Shown: piece after piece, positions 12,455 through 25,142 of the stretch
How the letters are laid out: every line of letters begins with the position of its first letter
How positions within the stretch are numbered: position 1 is the stretch's first letter
NCBI GenBank assembly: GCA_004431415.1
Contig: QPMI01000265.1
Coordinates: 24,738-88,737 of the forward strand
Length of the DNA: 64,000 bases
Reading direction: 5' to 3'
DNA from: Cyanophora paradoxa CCMP329
Taxonomy: Eukaryota; Plantae; Glaucophyta
The notes under the pieces: model-generated
Seen by the model: the letters and a program-made list of their open reading frames with translations, nothing else
What the model was told of the DNA's origin: nothing
Databases searched by the model: none
Translations under genes and position numbers: made by a program

Positions 12455-12777
12455 CGTCGAGCGCTGTTACCAACTCGAAGGGCGCACGCGCCGCTCTACG
12501 GCCTCTGCGAATCGCGGCTGACGGAAGCCTTCGGCACCTCGGCTTACAAACGACCTGCCGTCGCTTTCAACCTGCCTATATGTGCACGTGGATGCCCCTC
12601 GAACGCGGCGGTCTTCTTGAGGGGCTGAACTGTCTCTCGCTCTTCTTCGAACGCGCAGGAGCGACTGTAGAGACGGTACCCCTCGTTGGAGTGCGTACCC
12701 CTACTGTCAGCTGCGCTGCCACCTGCGCTGGCGTGGCCCGCGCAGTACGCGCTTTTTGAGGCGCACAAGATAGCACC

Positions 12778-15700
12778 ATGCTCGAACCGTTCTTGCATGC
12801 GACGCTTCTTGGCGGCGGCGGGGCGATACGCCCGGAGGCGCTCCGCGCAACGCTTCAGCAGGCGCGTACTCGTACAGAACCCTGCGTGCAGGACGCGCGG
12901 TTAACCTGGGAGCAAACAGGCGGTGGTACTCATCGCACAGAGCGGTGGCCATGTAGAGGTCCACAGCCTGCCTCCTGACTATCGAAGGCGCGGGAGCGTG
13001 ACCGCTACCCGCAGAGTGGAGCGGATGCCGCGCAGGTGCTTCAGCGCATGTGCCAGCACAACAACGTGTGCGGCCGCGTATGGAAGAAGGACGGTGCCGA
13101 TCTTGCGTTCAGCCCCGTGAGTGGTGCGTTGATGCCGCGTTAGAAACCGCGTACAAGTGCCGCAACTGCGAAATGGACCCGACATGTGCGATTTGCGTCG
13201 ATTGGTGCGCTTGCCGAGGCCGCCTGACGTCGCATGCGCCCTCGGCCTCATTCTCGCCACAGCTTCGATCCTGCCATGCACGCTGGGCACGACTACTCCA
13301 TCATTCGCACGGGCGGCGGTTGTGCGCCGCTGCTAGCCGATCAATGCCTGCACATCACGCTGACCCGCCACAGGCTGCGACTGCGGAGATCCGCAGGCGT
13401 GGTACGACACTCGATTGCAAATCGTTAGCTTTATTCAGTTTCCTGCAGGAAGCAAGAGGGTTTCTGCCGGCAGCACCGCGGCGCGTCGGAGGACTCGGAC
13501 CCCCTCGTTGGCGTGCCAGCAGCCGTGGTCGCGAACGCACGCGGGGCGGTCCGTGTTGTGGGACGATTCATTGGGGATCGGCTCGACGAGCTTCCGGCCG
13601 CCCCGGCCATCGCCAACCTGCAGGTGCCTACGACCCTCGACTCCGCGGCGCCCTGTCCGATCCTGATGCGCCCACAGGAAGCGCTCGCGTGGCTCACGGG
13701 CCTCTGCTCTCTGGGCGATGCGCTGCGTCGCATCGTCTGCGAAGAGCTGTGCCGCGCAGGCCCGCGGGAGGCCGAGTGCGGTCCGCACCGCGACCCCCCC
13801 CCCCCCCCCCCCCCGGGCTCAGGGCGGAGCTTAAGCCCGCGTGCAGGGGTGGTCTCGCGTCTGATGCAGTTTGATCGACTGCCGAACGCATTGGCGCCGC
13901 CCGTCCACAACCTGTACTTTCAGCTCATCCTCGAGTGCGACGGCCCGCGCCAGGCGAACCGCCCCGCCCGCCCACCGCGCCCCTGACGACCCTTCACAGC
14001 GTGCCGTTCAAGACGACCTTCACCCGCCTCTTCATCGCGAACTACCCCCGCTACATCCACGCCCTCGTTCGCCGCTGGGGCCCCGCCTCGGCAGCCCAGC
14101 ACCCTCGCGAGCTTCCCCGCAGATGGCGTCCAACGACGACGATGGCGGGCCTGGCGGCAGCGGGGACGGCGGTAGCAACGCGTGCGCCCCGTAACGCTCG
14201 GGCGCCTCGCCGCGGACGACGTTGGGCGCAGGGTCGGCTCGGGCATGGACAACTTCTCCGTCCAACTCTTTACCGTCCCGAACCTCACGCCGCGGTCCTT
14301 GCTCGCCACCCCGTCCCGCCTCGCCCTCGCGCCTGACTGCTCGACAGATGCGTGCGCGAGGGCGGCCTGCTGCATACCCTCCTGGGCACCCTCCACTCCT
14401 CCTTAGAACGCACCCTCATCCGTGTCCCGCCGCCGCCTCCGGAGCCGGCGCCCGGCGGCCCTCCCGCCGCCCTCATCTCTTCCCCGCCGTCCGCGTCCTT
14501 GCCGCCGCCGACCGAGGGACCGGGAGGGGCCGCCGCCGGCCCCGCGCCACTGCGGCTCGGCGCGGCAGCTGCGGGCGGGGCCGTGGCAGGCGGGGCGCTG
14601 GGCCCCGGAGAAGGGCGGGTGCGGCTGCCGGAGCAGGTGGACTGCAGCCAGGCGGGGGCGACGGACAAGTACTACTGGCGCGTCACCACCGACCTCCGCT
14701 ACGTCCTCGCGCACCCCTCCGTCGCCCAGTGCGCCCCGTCCGGCCCCGTGCCTGCGCCGGGCCGACGCGCTGCAGGCACGCGCTGTACGCGCGGCCGGAG
14801 CTCTTCGAGGCGCTGGTGCGCATCTACGCGCGGATGCACGCCATCAACGGGCAGGCGCGCGCCGAGGGCGCCCACGTCGAGCACGAGTCGGACGCCTGGC
14901 AGTTCGCGTTCACCCTCGAGGCCCGCCCCGCCCCACCCCGCCCCGGCCCCTCCCCGCCTCCCTCACGCGGGTCCAGATGGAGGCCCTCCAGCTCGTCCCG
15001 CCCCTGCTCGCCGGTCTCCGCGCCGGCGACACGCCGCTCCCCGACGGGGCCGCTGCGCCTCCGCCGGACGCCCCCGGGGGCCCCGAGCCGGCGCGCCTGC
15101 GGGAGCTGCTGGCTCACGTGGCGGGGCAGCTCGGGAGCTGGTACGAGCAGGCCGGCATGGCCGAGCGCGCGACCGCGGCGGGGCGCGTCGCGGACGCGGC
15201 GGCCGCGGGGCCCGGGGACGCCTTTACGTTCCACCTGCCCCTCGTCCGCCTGCACGCCGCCCTCGCCTCCGAGGCCACTCGCCTCTGGCCCCTGCCCCTG
15301 CCCGCTCTCCTCCCCGTGCGCCCCCGCGCTGCCGCCCCGCGCCCTCCCCCGACACCGGGCCGCAGGCGGAGCCGGCGTCGCTGGCGCCGTGCATGGCGGA
15401 CCAGCTGCTGCGCCTGCAGCTCTTCCTGGCGGAGATCCGGGCCGGCCGTTGGGTGCGCAACGGCCGCTCCCTCCTCTCGCAGCTCGGCCTGTACGGCGGC
15501 GTCCACTGCTTCTGGCTCGACTGGGACCTCTTCTCCCTGCAGGTCGCGCCCCCGCCCCCCGCCCCGCCTCGCCTCTCCCCACAGCCCCCCGCAGCTCTGT
15601 GCCCTCGCCATGGGTCCCGAGCGCTTCCTCTGGGCCGCACTCGCCCGCTGGCGCCTCGAGCCTTTCTTCTCCTTCGATGCGTCCCGCGATGGTGCGCGCC

Positions 15701-18700
15701 GCGCGCCGGCGCTCGGCGCTGGGGGCGAGCGGGGGCCGCAGGGGCCGGGGCGGAGGCGTGGCAGGCGAGTGTCGGGGAGGAACTGCTCGTGCTCCTCGTG
15801 CGGATTCTGCAGGAGCGCTCCCGCGCCGGCCTCTTCCACGAGGCCGCCGTCCGCCGCGAGCTCGTCCACCGCCTCGCCGCCGAGGACTGCACCCACAGGC
15901 TCGCCCGCCCGCCCGCCTGGCCCCCGGCCCGCGACCCCCGCCCGAGCCGGCGTGAGCAGCCAGGTCCTCAAGCACATCAGCAAGCGCGCCAAGGAATGCA
16001 AGAACCTCGAGGCGATCATTAAGGAGGTGGCGACGTACCAGGCGCCCGACCACGTGCGGCTGCAGCAGGGGCGCTACGTGCTGCGGCCCGAGTGCTGGCG
16101 CGAGGTGGACCGCTTCTACCCGCACTACACTCGCCGCGACCTCCAGGCCCTCGACGACCGCACCGCCGCCCTCCCCGCCAACGTCGCCCCCTCCCAGTGC
16201 GCGCCCCGCACCCCGTCGCCGGCGCGCCCCGACGGCCCTGCAGCGCCTTCGAGCCGAACGACGCGGCGCTCTTCCCGGCCCTGCGCGGTCTACCGGGGGC
16301 CCTCTCCTGCCGCGCCACCTTCGCCCTCGTCGCCGCCGCGCTGCACGCCGCCGCCGCAAACTCGTGCGCCCGCCCCGCCCCCGGCCCCGCCCCGCTGACC
16401 CCCATGCAGGCCCCGCGCGACACACGGCTCCGTCACCGCCGCCCTCCGCCTCCTCGCCCGCCTCTGCCGGGCCGCCGCGGGGCGCCCGCCCTGCGCCTGC
16501 TCGGAACCTGGCGAGGCCCCCGCCGAGGGGGTGGCGGGCCTTGCGGAGGCGGCGGCGCAGCTACCCTCCGAGTGGGACCCGGCGCCGAACCTCCTCCACC
16601 CCTTCCGCATCCGCCCCGCCTCGCCTCAGGCCCGCCTCGTCCCTCTGGCCCGCCCCGCCAGGCGCTGACGGTTTGGGCGCAGGAGGGGGAGTCGGCGCGC
16701 CCGGGCCCCGTCTTCCGCATATTGGATGCGCTGCTCGCCCTGCGGGCCGCCCCTCAGGCCACCGCCCTCCAGCGCGCCGTGCGGGCCCCGCCGCCCCGCC
16801 CTCGCCCCGCCCGACACCCGCGCAGGACGCCGACCTCATCATACGCCTCGCCGCCGAGCGCGGCGGGCCCTGCGGTGATGCCATCCGCCGGGACGCCGCC
16901 GCCGCAGCCGCAGCAGCAGCAGCCGCGCAGCCGGCGGCGTCGGCGAGCCCGCCGGCGCGGGCGGCGGCGGGGCAGGAGGAGGAGGAGGGGTCGGGGCGGC
17001 GGCGGGCGCTGAAGGAACGGCAGGCGAAGATCATGGAGGAGTTCCGCCGCAAGCAGGCCGCCTTCGCCGCCGCCGCGGGGCCCTCGCCCTCCCCCGCGCC
17101 CCCGTCCGTCTCTCCGAGCCCGCCTCCGGCCTCCGCCTCTGCTTCCACGCCGGCGTCCGCCACGGAGGCCGCGGAGGCGGCCTGCGATGGCTCACCGCTG
17201 TGCGCGCTTTGCAAGGAGCGCGGGGCGGGCCCCGAGGGGCGGCCTATCGCATACCTCTCCTTCGTGCAGCCGTCGCGTCTACTCGCCCTCGCGCACCCCG
17301 ACCGGTCCCCATCTGCCGACGAGCCGCGCATCATCGTGGGCCCCCCTGCCCTGCCCGGCGCCAAGCCCCGCGGCGTCAACTCGCCCCGGCCCTCCGCCGC
17401 CGTCTCCCGGCCCATCGCCGCCCCACCCCAGCCCCAGCAGCCCGCCGGCCCCACCATATCTCCAGCGACAGCGGCTGCTGCATTTGCGGCCGCCGCCGCC
17501 GCCGCCGCTGCCGGCGGCGGCGCGGCGGGCGCGGGCGCAGCTGCGATGGCGGCGACCGCGGCGGCGACGGCGGCGGCAGCGGCGGGCGGCGGGCGCGTGG
17601 TGGCGGGCGCGGCGGCGACGGCGCTGGCGCAAGCGCTCGTGCGGGCTGGGCGCGCTGCGGTGGAGGCTGCGCAGGAGGCCGGCGCGCAGGCCCGCCGGCG
17701 CGCCGAGGCTGCCCTTGCCGGCGCCGCACCCGGCGTCCCCCCGGCGGTTCGCTTCCCCCCTTCCCCCCCCCCCCCCACTTCCCCCTCCTCCTTCCCCCTC
17801 CCCCCCCCCCCCCCCCCCCCCTCCCCGATGCCCTCCACGTCGTGGGGGCCGACGCGGGGCGCGTCGCGGCAGGAGGCGCAGGCGGCACGGGACGAGGCGG
17901 CGGGGGCGGCGGCGGCGGAGGCCCTGGGGCAGTGCGCGGCGCCGGGAGCGCGGGGGGCGCTGGTTGGGTACGAGGGGGCGCAGGCTGATGGAGACCCTCG
18001 AGGGGCTCGAGGAGGGCGAAGAGGCGATGCCCGACGGCGACGACGAGGAGGAGGGGGAGGGCGGGGAGGAGGCCGAGGGCCGGCGGCGGCGCCAGCGCGA
18101 GGAGATGGCGCAGGCGGCGCAGGCGGAGGAGGAGCTCGAGGCGATGGACGAGGACGACGACGGGCCCTGGGCCGACAACGACGACGACGACGAGGCCCGC
18201 CCGCTGGCCCCTCCCCGCGCGGCGGCTGCTAACGGGCGGGCGGCGCAGCTCGCGGACGCGGAGGTGGAGGAGTGGAACCTGCCGCCGGCGGCGGGGGCGG
18301 CCCCCTCGCCGATGGTGCTGGACGAGGAGGCGGCGGGGGTCGCCTCCTACGAGGCCGTCGCGGGGGTCCCCTTCGACGAGCGCCCTGCACCGGGCGCCCA
18401 CGCCTCCTTCTGCGGCCACGCCGTGCGGCCCTCGGCCCCCGCCCGGGGCGGCGCGTGATGGGGCGCGGGGCGGCAGATGCACGTGGAGTGCTTCGAGCGG
18501 TACCTGGCGTCGCTGGTGCAGCGGCACGCGGCGATGCGGACGTACGAGGGCGACGCCATCGTCGAGCTCGAGCGCGCCGAGATCCTCTGCCCCACCTGCC
18601 GCCGCCTCTCCAACGCCCTCGTGCCCCTCACCCCGCGCCTCGCCCCGGGCCCCGCCCCGGCCCCGCCCGCACCCGACGGGGACCCTCTCCGCACCGCCCT

Positions 18701-20829
18701 CGACGCCCTCGCGGCCGCCCTGCGGGCCGCCGCGGAGGCGCCGCCCGGGCGGCGGCGGCGGTGGACGGCGCTGTGGGGGTCCTGGCGGAGCGCGTCTACT
18801 GCGCGCAGCGGGGCCTGCGCCTCGAGGCGGCCCCCGCGTCGCCCCTGCTCCTCTCCGCCAACCTCTGGGCCGCCATCGCCTACACCGCCGCCGCCCGCGA
18901 GCTCGCCGCCCGGCCCCGCCCGACGGGCCCGCCCCCTCCTCCTCCTCGGGCCCGCCCCGGCCGCCTGCGAGTGGGGCCCGCGGGACGGCCCGGCGATGCG
19001 GGCCCTGGTGCGGTGCGGGCAGCTGGCGGCTGCGGGGGCGCCGCGGGGGCGGGAGCTGGACGCCCTCGCGCGGCTTCTTGAGGGCGCGAGCGCCTCCTTC
19101 CAGCCGCGGGGCACGCCGGCGGGGCGCCCCGCCCCGGCCCCTCCTCGCCCACGACGCCTTCCAGCTTTTGTGCTATACCCTCTCCTGCCTGGCCCCAGCC
19201 AGGCCCAACGCCCCGCTCCGTGCGTCCCCCCGCCCACTCCCCCCTTCCCCCCTCGCATCCTCTCCCCTCCCCCCCTCCCTCCCCCCCCCCCTCCCCCCTC
19301 TTCCCTCCGGCCGCGGTCCCTCGCTTTGACGTGATTTTACAGAGCGGGCGGCGCTGCTGGCTGCGTACGGGACGGCGGCGCACCAGGCGCTCCTCTCCCT
19401 GCACCTGCACGGGGGGCCCGGGGCGGGCTCCGGCGCGAGCGAGGGCGGCGAGGCGGGCGCCGTGCACGAGGCCTTCGCCCGCCTCGCCGACTCCCTCGCC
19501 TCCGTCGCCACATCCCCCTCCCCGGCAGCCTCTCCCGCCCTCGGCCCCCGCCCCTTCGACGCCTCAGCCCTCGGGCGCAGCCCGCCGGCGGGGAGCCCTC
19601 TCTCGCCCGTGCCGCCCCTCTCGCCGGACCCCTCGGCCCTCTCCCTCTCCCCGCCGGGCCTCCCCGCACTCATACCCTCGGCCCTCACCCTCTCGCCCCC
19701 GAGCCAGCCGCTGGGACCGCCCCCGGCGCCGCCCCTCACCGACTTCGCGCCGGGGCCAGGACCGGCGCCCGCGCGGCGGGAGCCGCCCGGGGACCTGCTG
19801 GGGCGGCTGCAGGTGGCCCTTCTGCCTTTCCTGCGGCGGGCGCGCCTGCTGGTCGCCCTCCTCGAGGGCGAGGGAGAGCCCCAGGCGCCGCCGCCGAGCG
19901 CCGAGGGCCCCGCCGCCGAGTTCGCCGCCCTCGTCGCCGCCCTCCGCCTCCCGCCCCTCTCCCAGGCCCGCCCGCCGGCCTCCCGCGCGCCCCCGCCCTG
20001 ACGCCCGCGCAGCTGCTCGCCTCGCGCGTCGGCCCCGCGTGGCTCCGGCAGGCCTCGCGGGCGGCGGCGCGGGCGCCCGGGCGGCCGCCACTGGCGCAGC
20101 TGCTGCCGGTGCGGGGCCGCGGGGCGGACGAGCCGTTCCGCCTGGCGCCGCTGCCGTACCTCTTTGAGGAGCTCTACAAGCGGCTGCTCGCCGCCACTTG
20201 CCCCTCGTGCGCCGGGCTCCCCGCCTACCACGGTGCCCCGCCCACCCCGCCCGCTCCGCCGCCCCCCGAGGCCGCCCCCAGGCGTCTGCCTCTTCTGCGG
20301 CACCGTTGTGTGCGTCGGGGGCCGCTGCTGCCGCGACGAGGCCGCGCGGGAGGGCGAGTGCAACTCGGTGCCTTCCCCTGGGCCCCCGGGCGGGCGGGGC
20401 GGGCCTGACGGCAGGCGGCAGCACATGCGCAAGTGCGGGGCCGGCGTGGGCGTCTTTCTCGTCCTCCGCATGTCCATGCTGCTGCTCCTACGGGGGCGCC
20501 GCCGTACCTTCTGGCCGGCTCCCTACCTGGTGCCGCCCGCCGCCCGCTGCCCGCCGCCCGCCGCCCGCCGCGCCGCACCGCAGTGGGGCCGACGCCGGGG
20601 CAGGACAAGTACGGGGAGGAGGACATCGAGTTCAAGCGCGGCAAGCCCCTCTTCCTCTGTCACTCGCGGCGCGCCCCGCCCCGCGTCCCCGCCCCGCCCC
20701 CGCCCCGTCGCGCCCCCGGCGAGCCGGCGCAGGTACGCGGTGATCGAGCGGCTCGTGGCGGCGCACGCCCTCGACGCCGACCCCCGCGTACTCGAGCTCA
20801 CCATCCGCCGCGACGCCGCCTGGTACTGA
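12778..20829 (+). CDS. N-recognin E3 ubiquitin ligase, UBR1/PRT6 family (spliced, many introns)
   Basis: UBR box [30 protein letters not shown]...HAGHDY...GGGCCDCGD. FSVQLFTVP. Split RING CALC...CGHAMHVECFERY...CPTCRRLSN. C-terminal CLFCG...HMRKCGAGVGVFL...PYLDKYGEEDIEFKRGKPLFL. Start inferred. Confidence 0.92.
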
Positions 20830-21004
20830 GCCCCACGACGCCGCATCCTGTGAATATGCCCCCCCCCCTCGCACGCGCTGTGTGAATGTTGGCATCGTGA
20901 CGATGGCGCACCGGCCAACCACGTTCCGAGAACTTCCGACTCTGGGCCCTTTTATCCCAACTCGACCAGAAATATTCATTAAAGCGTTAGAAAACACCGC
21001 AATA

Positions 21005-21643
21005 CTACTTTTTTTGCTTCTTCTTGCCCCCATCTTTCGCTGCGCCTGCTGCGCCCGCCGCCGCCTGCACCGTTGCGCCCTTGGCTGGTGCCGGCGTGTC
21101 GACTGCGCTTGGCGCGTGAGCGGTGGCCGGCGCGTACACGGTGGCCAACGAACCCTCCATTGCCGCCGCGCCGCGCTTCTCTCCTTTTTCGGTCGTCATC
21201 TGGCGGCGCGTCAGGCGTGTTGTGGCTGGCAAAGCAGCGCAAGTGCAAGTCCGCACCTGGAACCACCTGTTGTTCAGCTTCTCGATCTGCGGGCGCCATA
21301 AACGAGCGGAATGCCGCACAGGTGGGTGTTAGCGCACCTTCTTCAGGTCCTGCGCCTGGTCTGTCCTGTACTTGAGGCACTGTGCGACGGTCAGCGTCGC
21401 GGCAGACTCCCAAGCGAGCGGCGCGCCGCACCACTTTGTCGTCGGTGACCTTCAAGACGAGCTTAGCGTCGCAGTGCCTGTACTTGATGCAATACCTTGT
21501 CTGCCGCGAGGTCGGCGCGCGGACACACGGAGCAGGGACGCGCGGCGGCATGCGATCGCGTTCCGGTTTACCTCTGCCGGCCGCGCGGCGTAAAGCTTCT
21601 CCGCCTCCGCGGCGAATTCATCCCAGCTCTCGATGTAGACCAT
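21005..21643 (-). CDS. SRP9: Signal recognition particle 9 kDa protein with C-terminal extension
   Basis: [62 protein letters not shown]. Confidence 0.93.
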
Positions 21644-21790
21644 CCCGTGGCGAGGCGGACACGCAGATCAGTGAGAGCGCCCGGAAAGGAAAACGGCTGC
21701 TACGACGGGTGTGCTTGCGGAGTGCTACGACGAGGCCAAGCAGCCGGGGTACGGCTGTTCGAAGGGAGTACACCCCCACGAGGCGAAAAA

Positions 21791-22268
21791 ATGTTGCGGC
21801 GCGTCGTCCTCCGTTCGGCTGCCGCAGTTGCCGCCCCGGCGGCGCGCAGGCTCATCGCCAGCGCGGCTCGCCCCGTCGCCGCTGTCGCCCTTCGGCCCGC
21901 TGCACACATCATCGTGCCGGTGCGCAACTTTGGCGGCGCCGCAAGCTTCCTGGATCGTGCCCAGGTCACAGATCGGGTGCGTGAGCCTTTCGCGCGCCGA
22001 GCTTGACCGCGCGGGCCTGGATGGTTCCTCACGCCGCTTCGACCAGGTCATCACCGTCATTAAGAACTTCCAGAAGGTGGACCCCGAGAAGGTTACTCCC
22101 AACTCTCATTTTATCAACGACCTCGGCCTGGACAGCCTCGACACTGTCGAGCTCGTGATGAGCTTCGAGGACGAGTTCTGCATTGAGATCCCCGACCAGG
22201 AGGCGGAGAAGATCCACTCCGTGGCGGACGCTATCTCGTATGTTGCGTCGCATCCGCAGGCGAAGTAG
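21791..22268 (+). CDS. Mitochondrial acyl carrier protein
   Basis: Arg/Ala-rich presequence MLRRVVLRS...; phosphopantetheine motif [14 protein letters not shown]; one intron. Confidence 0.95.
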
Positions 22269-22369
22269 CTTAGTCAGCGTGTGTCGCGAGTTAGCTTTTT
22301 CACATAATGCTTCACAGTCCAACCCCATCCCGCGCGGAGAGCCGGACAAGGCGTCCGTCTCTAATAGCA

Positions 22370-23967
22370 CTACGGTGGGCCGCTCCAAAGCGCAAGTTCT
22401 CCACTCCAGGAGCAGCTAGCCACGAAGGAAGTGCGAGCGGGGTGGAAAGCGACGTCTGAGCAAACGTGTTCGTGGGCACGGAGGGTCTTGAGAAGTCGGG
22501 CCCCTGCCCACGAGTAGAAGTACATAGCACCATCAGCTGAGCCAGTCCCGATAATCTCCCCGTCCGGGCTGAAACCGCAGAGGACGCGAAATCCTGAAAC
22601 CTGATGTCCCTCGAATCGCTGCATTCGATGAGCTAGGCTTCGTGAGGGGCAGCCGAGCATGCAACTGCACCTTGTGCTTGTTCATTTTGAACGGCGCTTT
22701 GGAGCTGAAAATGGCAATGTAGTTCCCGTTACTCTGGGCAATAAAGCTGGGTCGATGGGGGTGCAGCCGGATAGCAGGGGCGGAATACGCCTCCATGTAG
22801 ATCTGGCTCGATACCACGCATCCCTGAAACTTATGAGCTCACATCTTCAAAAGGGCGACAAGCAAGCACACCAGCCGCAGGTCCCAGACCAGTAGTGTCT
22901 TGTCCACAGTCCCTCTCGATGTAACTTCCGATGATGACACAAAAGTATTCTCGTCCAGGAACTCTACATCTTGAACTTGCCCAAACGCGCCCTTAAAGCT
23001 TTGTGTAATCCTGTTCGATTTACATGTTTGAACAAGCCAGAGGCTGGTGTGCGCACAGACGTCGACACGTACATGCCTGATCTTGTGTCCCAGCACTGCA
23101 ACTCTGCCATGCTGGTTCCAGACAAAAATGTGTGCTCGTGAGCAGGACGGAGACGAACAGCCATCACAGAATTCTCGTGTCGGAATCTCTGTGCCGGCCT
23201 TGAGAAATTGCACCCATTTGAGCAATGTCACTTGTCTCTGCACCTTATCTAGAATACCAGTGCTCGCATCGAAGATAGCAGATGTTTTGTCGAAAGATGC
23301 TGTGAGCAAGCGAGATCCAGACACAGACCATTGGACATCCCGAACGCCCTCTGAGTAGGTAGGAATCAAATTCGTTTGCACTCGTGTTTAACTTCTCGTT
23401 CACCAGTATGCCCGCGTAGCTCTTGGTGCATTCGAAGAAATGGTTCGCATTCCCATAACTTTATGGTCTTGTCCATGGCTGCAGAGGCGAGTAACTTGCC
23501 TGCAGACAATGTGAGGACACGTTTTGATGTCGAGCGGCTACGCTGCATGCACCATCGCGCGGGCTCCATCGCAGCACGTTGATCGCTCCTGAATGGGCGG
23601 ATAGACGGGCTGCCCGTCTTATGGGGAATGCTGAAGGCGCCACCGGCTCTCCGAATGAAGATGGGGGCGGCACTTCGGCCGACGGCGTTTCCGGCAGCGA
23701 GGGACCAGCCGCACACGTGCCCGCTGCTGGAAGGTGCTGTAAACCACCCACGCAAGCGCTATGCGCGCTCAACGGGCCGGAAGCGGCGAGCGTCCGCGCA
23801 TCGCCGGCGCCTCCTGTTGCCGCCACGCTTCTGAACCGTTTCGCGACGTATCCGCGCGTTTGGCCCTGCACATCGGTGCGTACGTGCTTCGCGCGCTCAG
23901 ACTTCGGCGCCGGCGAAAACTGATCAGACTCCGGGTCAGAATCGTACGCGGAGGTGATCAGGTCCAT
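22370..23967 (-). CDS. WD40-repeat protein, WDR25-like (spliced)
   Basis: N-terminus MDLITSAYDSD; WD repeats LLASAAMDKTIKLW and FIAQSNGNYIAIFS..PFKMNKHKRFEGHQVSGF; C-terminus VASCSWSGELALW. Confidence 0.85.
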
Positions 23968-24097
23968 GCTTGCAGATCATAAAGCGCCGGCGCGCTGATA
24001 TGGAGTTGCACGGCAGCGGGCCACCGCAGGCTGGGCCGTTGAGATGGAGTTGAACGACGACCCGGGTTGCAAACTGCGCCGCGGGTACACGCAACAA

Positions 24098-24502
24098 ATG
24101 TTGCGTTCGGCACGCGGCGTCTCGCTCGGCATCGCACGCACACACACCGCCTATTACACGACAGCGTTTTCTTACAAATTAGGTGTTCCTGGTAGTGCCG
24201 CAGCTGTTGCTATCGAGTTGCCGGACGGTGAAACGAATTTGCAGATTGAGCGCGTAACAGACGATGTCGCTCGTGTCTTCTTCGCAAACAAGGTGACCAA
24301 GAAGGAGATCCCAATCCCCGCCAGCGCCCAAGCCGTCGACATCTCCCAAGGCACATCAGTCCCGCTGCGGCCGCGCTTCAATGGCTTCTGGGTCTCATGG
24401 GTACGCCCACGTGCACTGCGCCCCCTCCGAGGCGAACATTCAATTGTCTCAGGTTTCCAGCGTGATGGTATCGAGGTCGTCCGCATTTGGACACGTACTT
24501 AA
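24098..24502 (+). CDS. Small orphan protein, possibly with a mitochondrial presequence; 3' end runs into the MITE terminus
   Basis: Protein-like composition, divergent from WDR25, likely donor GTACGC at 24401; no recognised family. Confidence 0.45.
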   Translation: MLRSARGVSLGIARTHTAYYTTAFSYKLGVPGSAAAVAIELPDGETNLQIERVTDDVARVFFANKVTKKEIPIPASAQAVDISQGTSVPLRPRFNGFWVSWVRPRALRPLRGEHSIVSGFQRDGIEVVRIWTRT

Positions 24503-25142
24503 GACGCAGGTCCGGGCTACAAGTGTGGGAATGTACACTGCGGCCGCCGCAGCCGCGGGCCCAGCCCACCGAGCTCACGCTCGGCCAGCGCTAGCCGGGC
24601 CCTGCGAGGCCCCCTAAGGAGAGTAATGCGCCTCCCCGCGGACACTCTAGCTAGCTAGAGCTACGTGTGCCCGCACGGCGTGGTGCTGCATCGCGTCTTG
24701 TGGCGGCGGGGTTCGTCTCGGGGCGGTACCGGTGGCGGGAGCCCCTACAGGCCCTGTGGGGGGCCCGACATGGATCCGGAGTCAGCCTGCGCCGGCTCAT
24801 CAATCAGAAACAGCAAGAAACAGAAACAATCAATCCGGCTCATCAATCAGAAACAGCAAGCCCTTGTTGTCATCTGATTTTTCCAACAACAAGAGAACAG
24901 TTCGAATTCGTTGCTTCAACCTGCATCCGATTCCGATCGCGAGCTGACCCTTCAGGCCCCCGGCGCAGGCTGACTCCGTGTCCGGTCCCCAGAGCCCGTA
25001 GGGGCTCCCGCCACTGTCCCGAGACGACCCCGCCGCCCCAATGCACCCGCCGTGTGGACACCTGTAGCCGGTGCTCGCAGAGAGGCGCATTACTCCCCTG
25101 GGGCTCAGCTTATACGTTGCGACTCAATTCGTGTCCAAATGC
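24483..25142. mobile_element. MITE-like element with 13-bp terminal and about 180-bp subterminal inverted repeats
   Basis: GCATTTGGACACG (24483-24495) and CGTGTCCAAATGC (25130-25142). About 24611-24795 is inverted at about 24960-25103. Homologous to 5543-5860. Confidence 0.8.
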
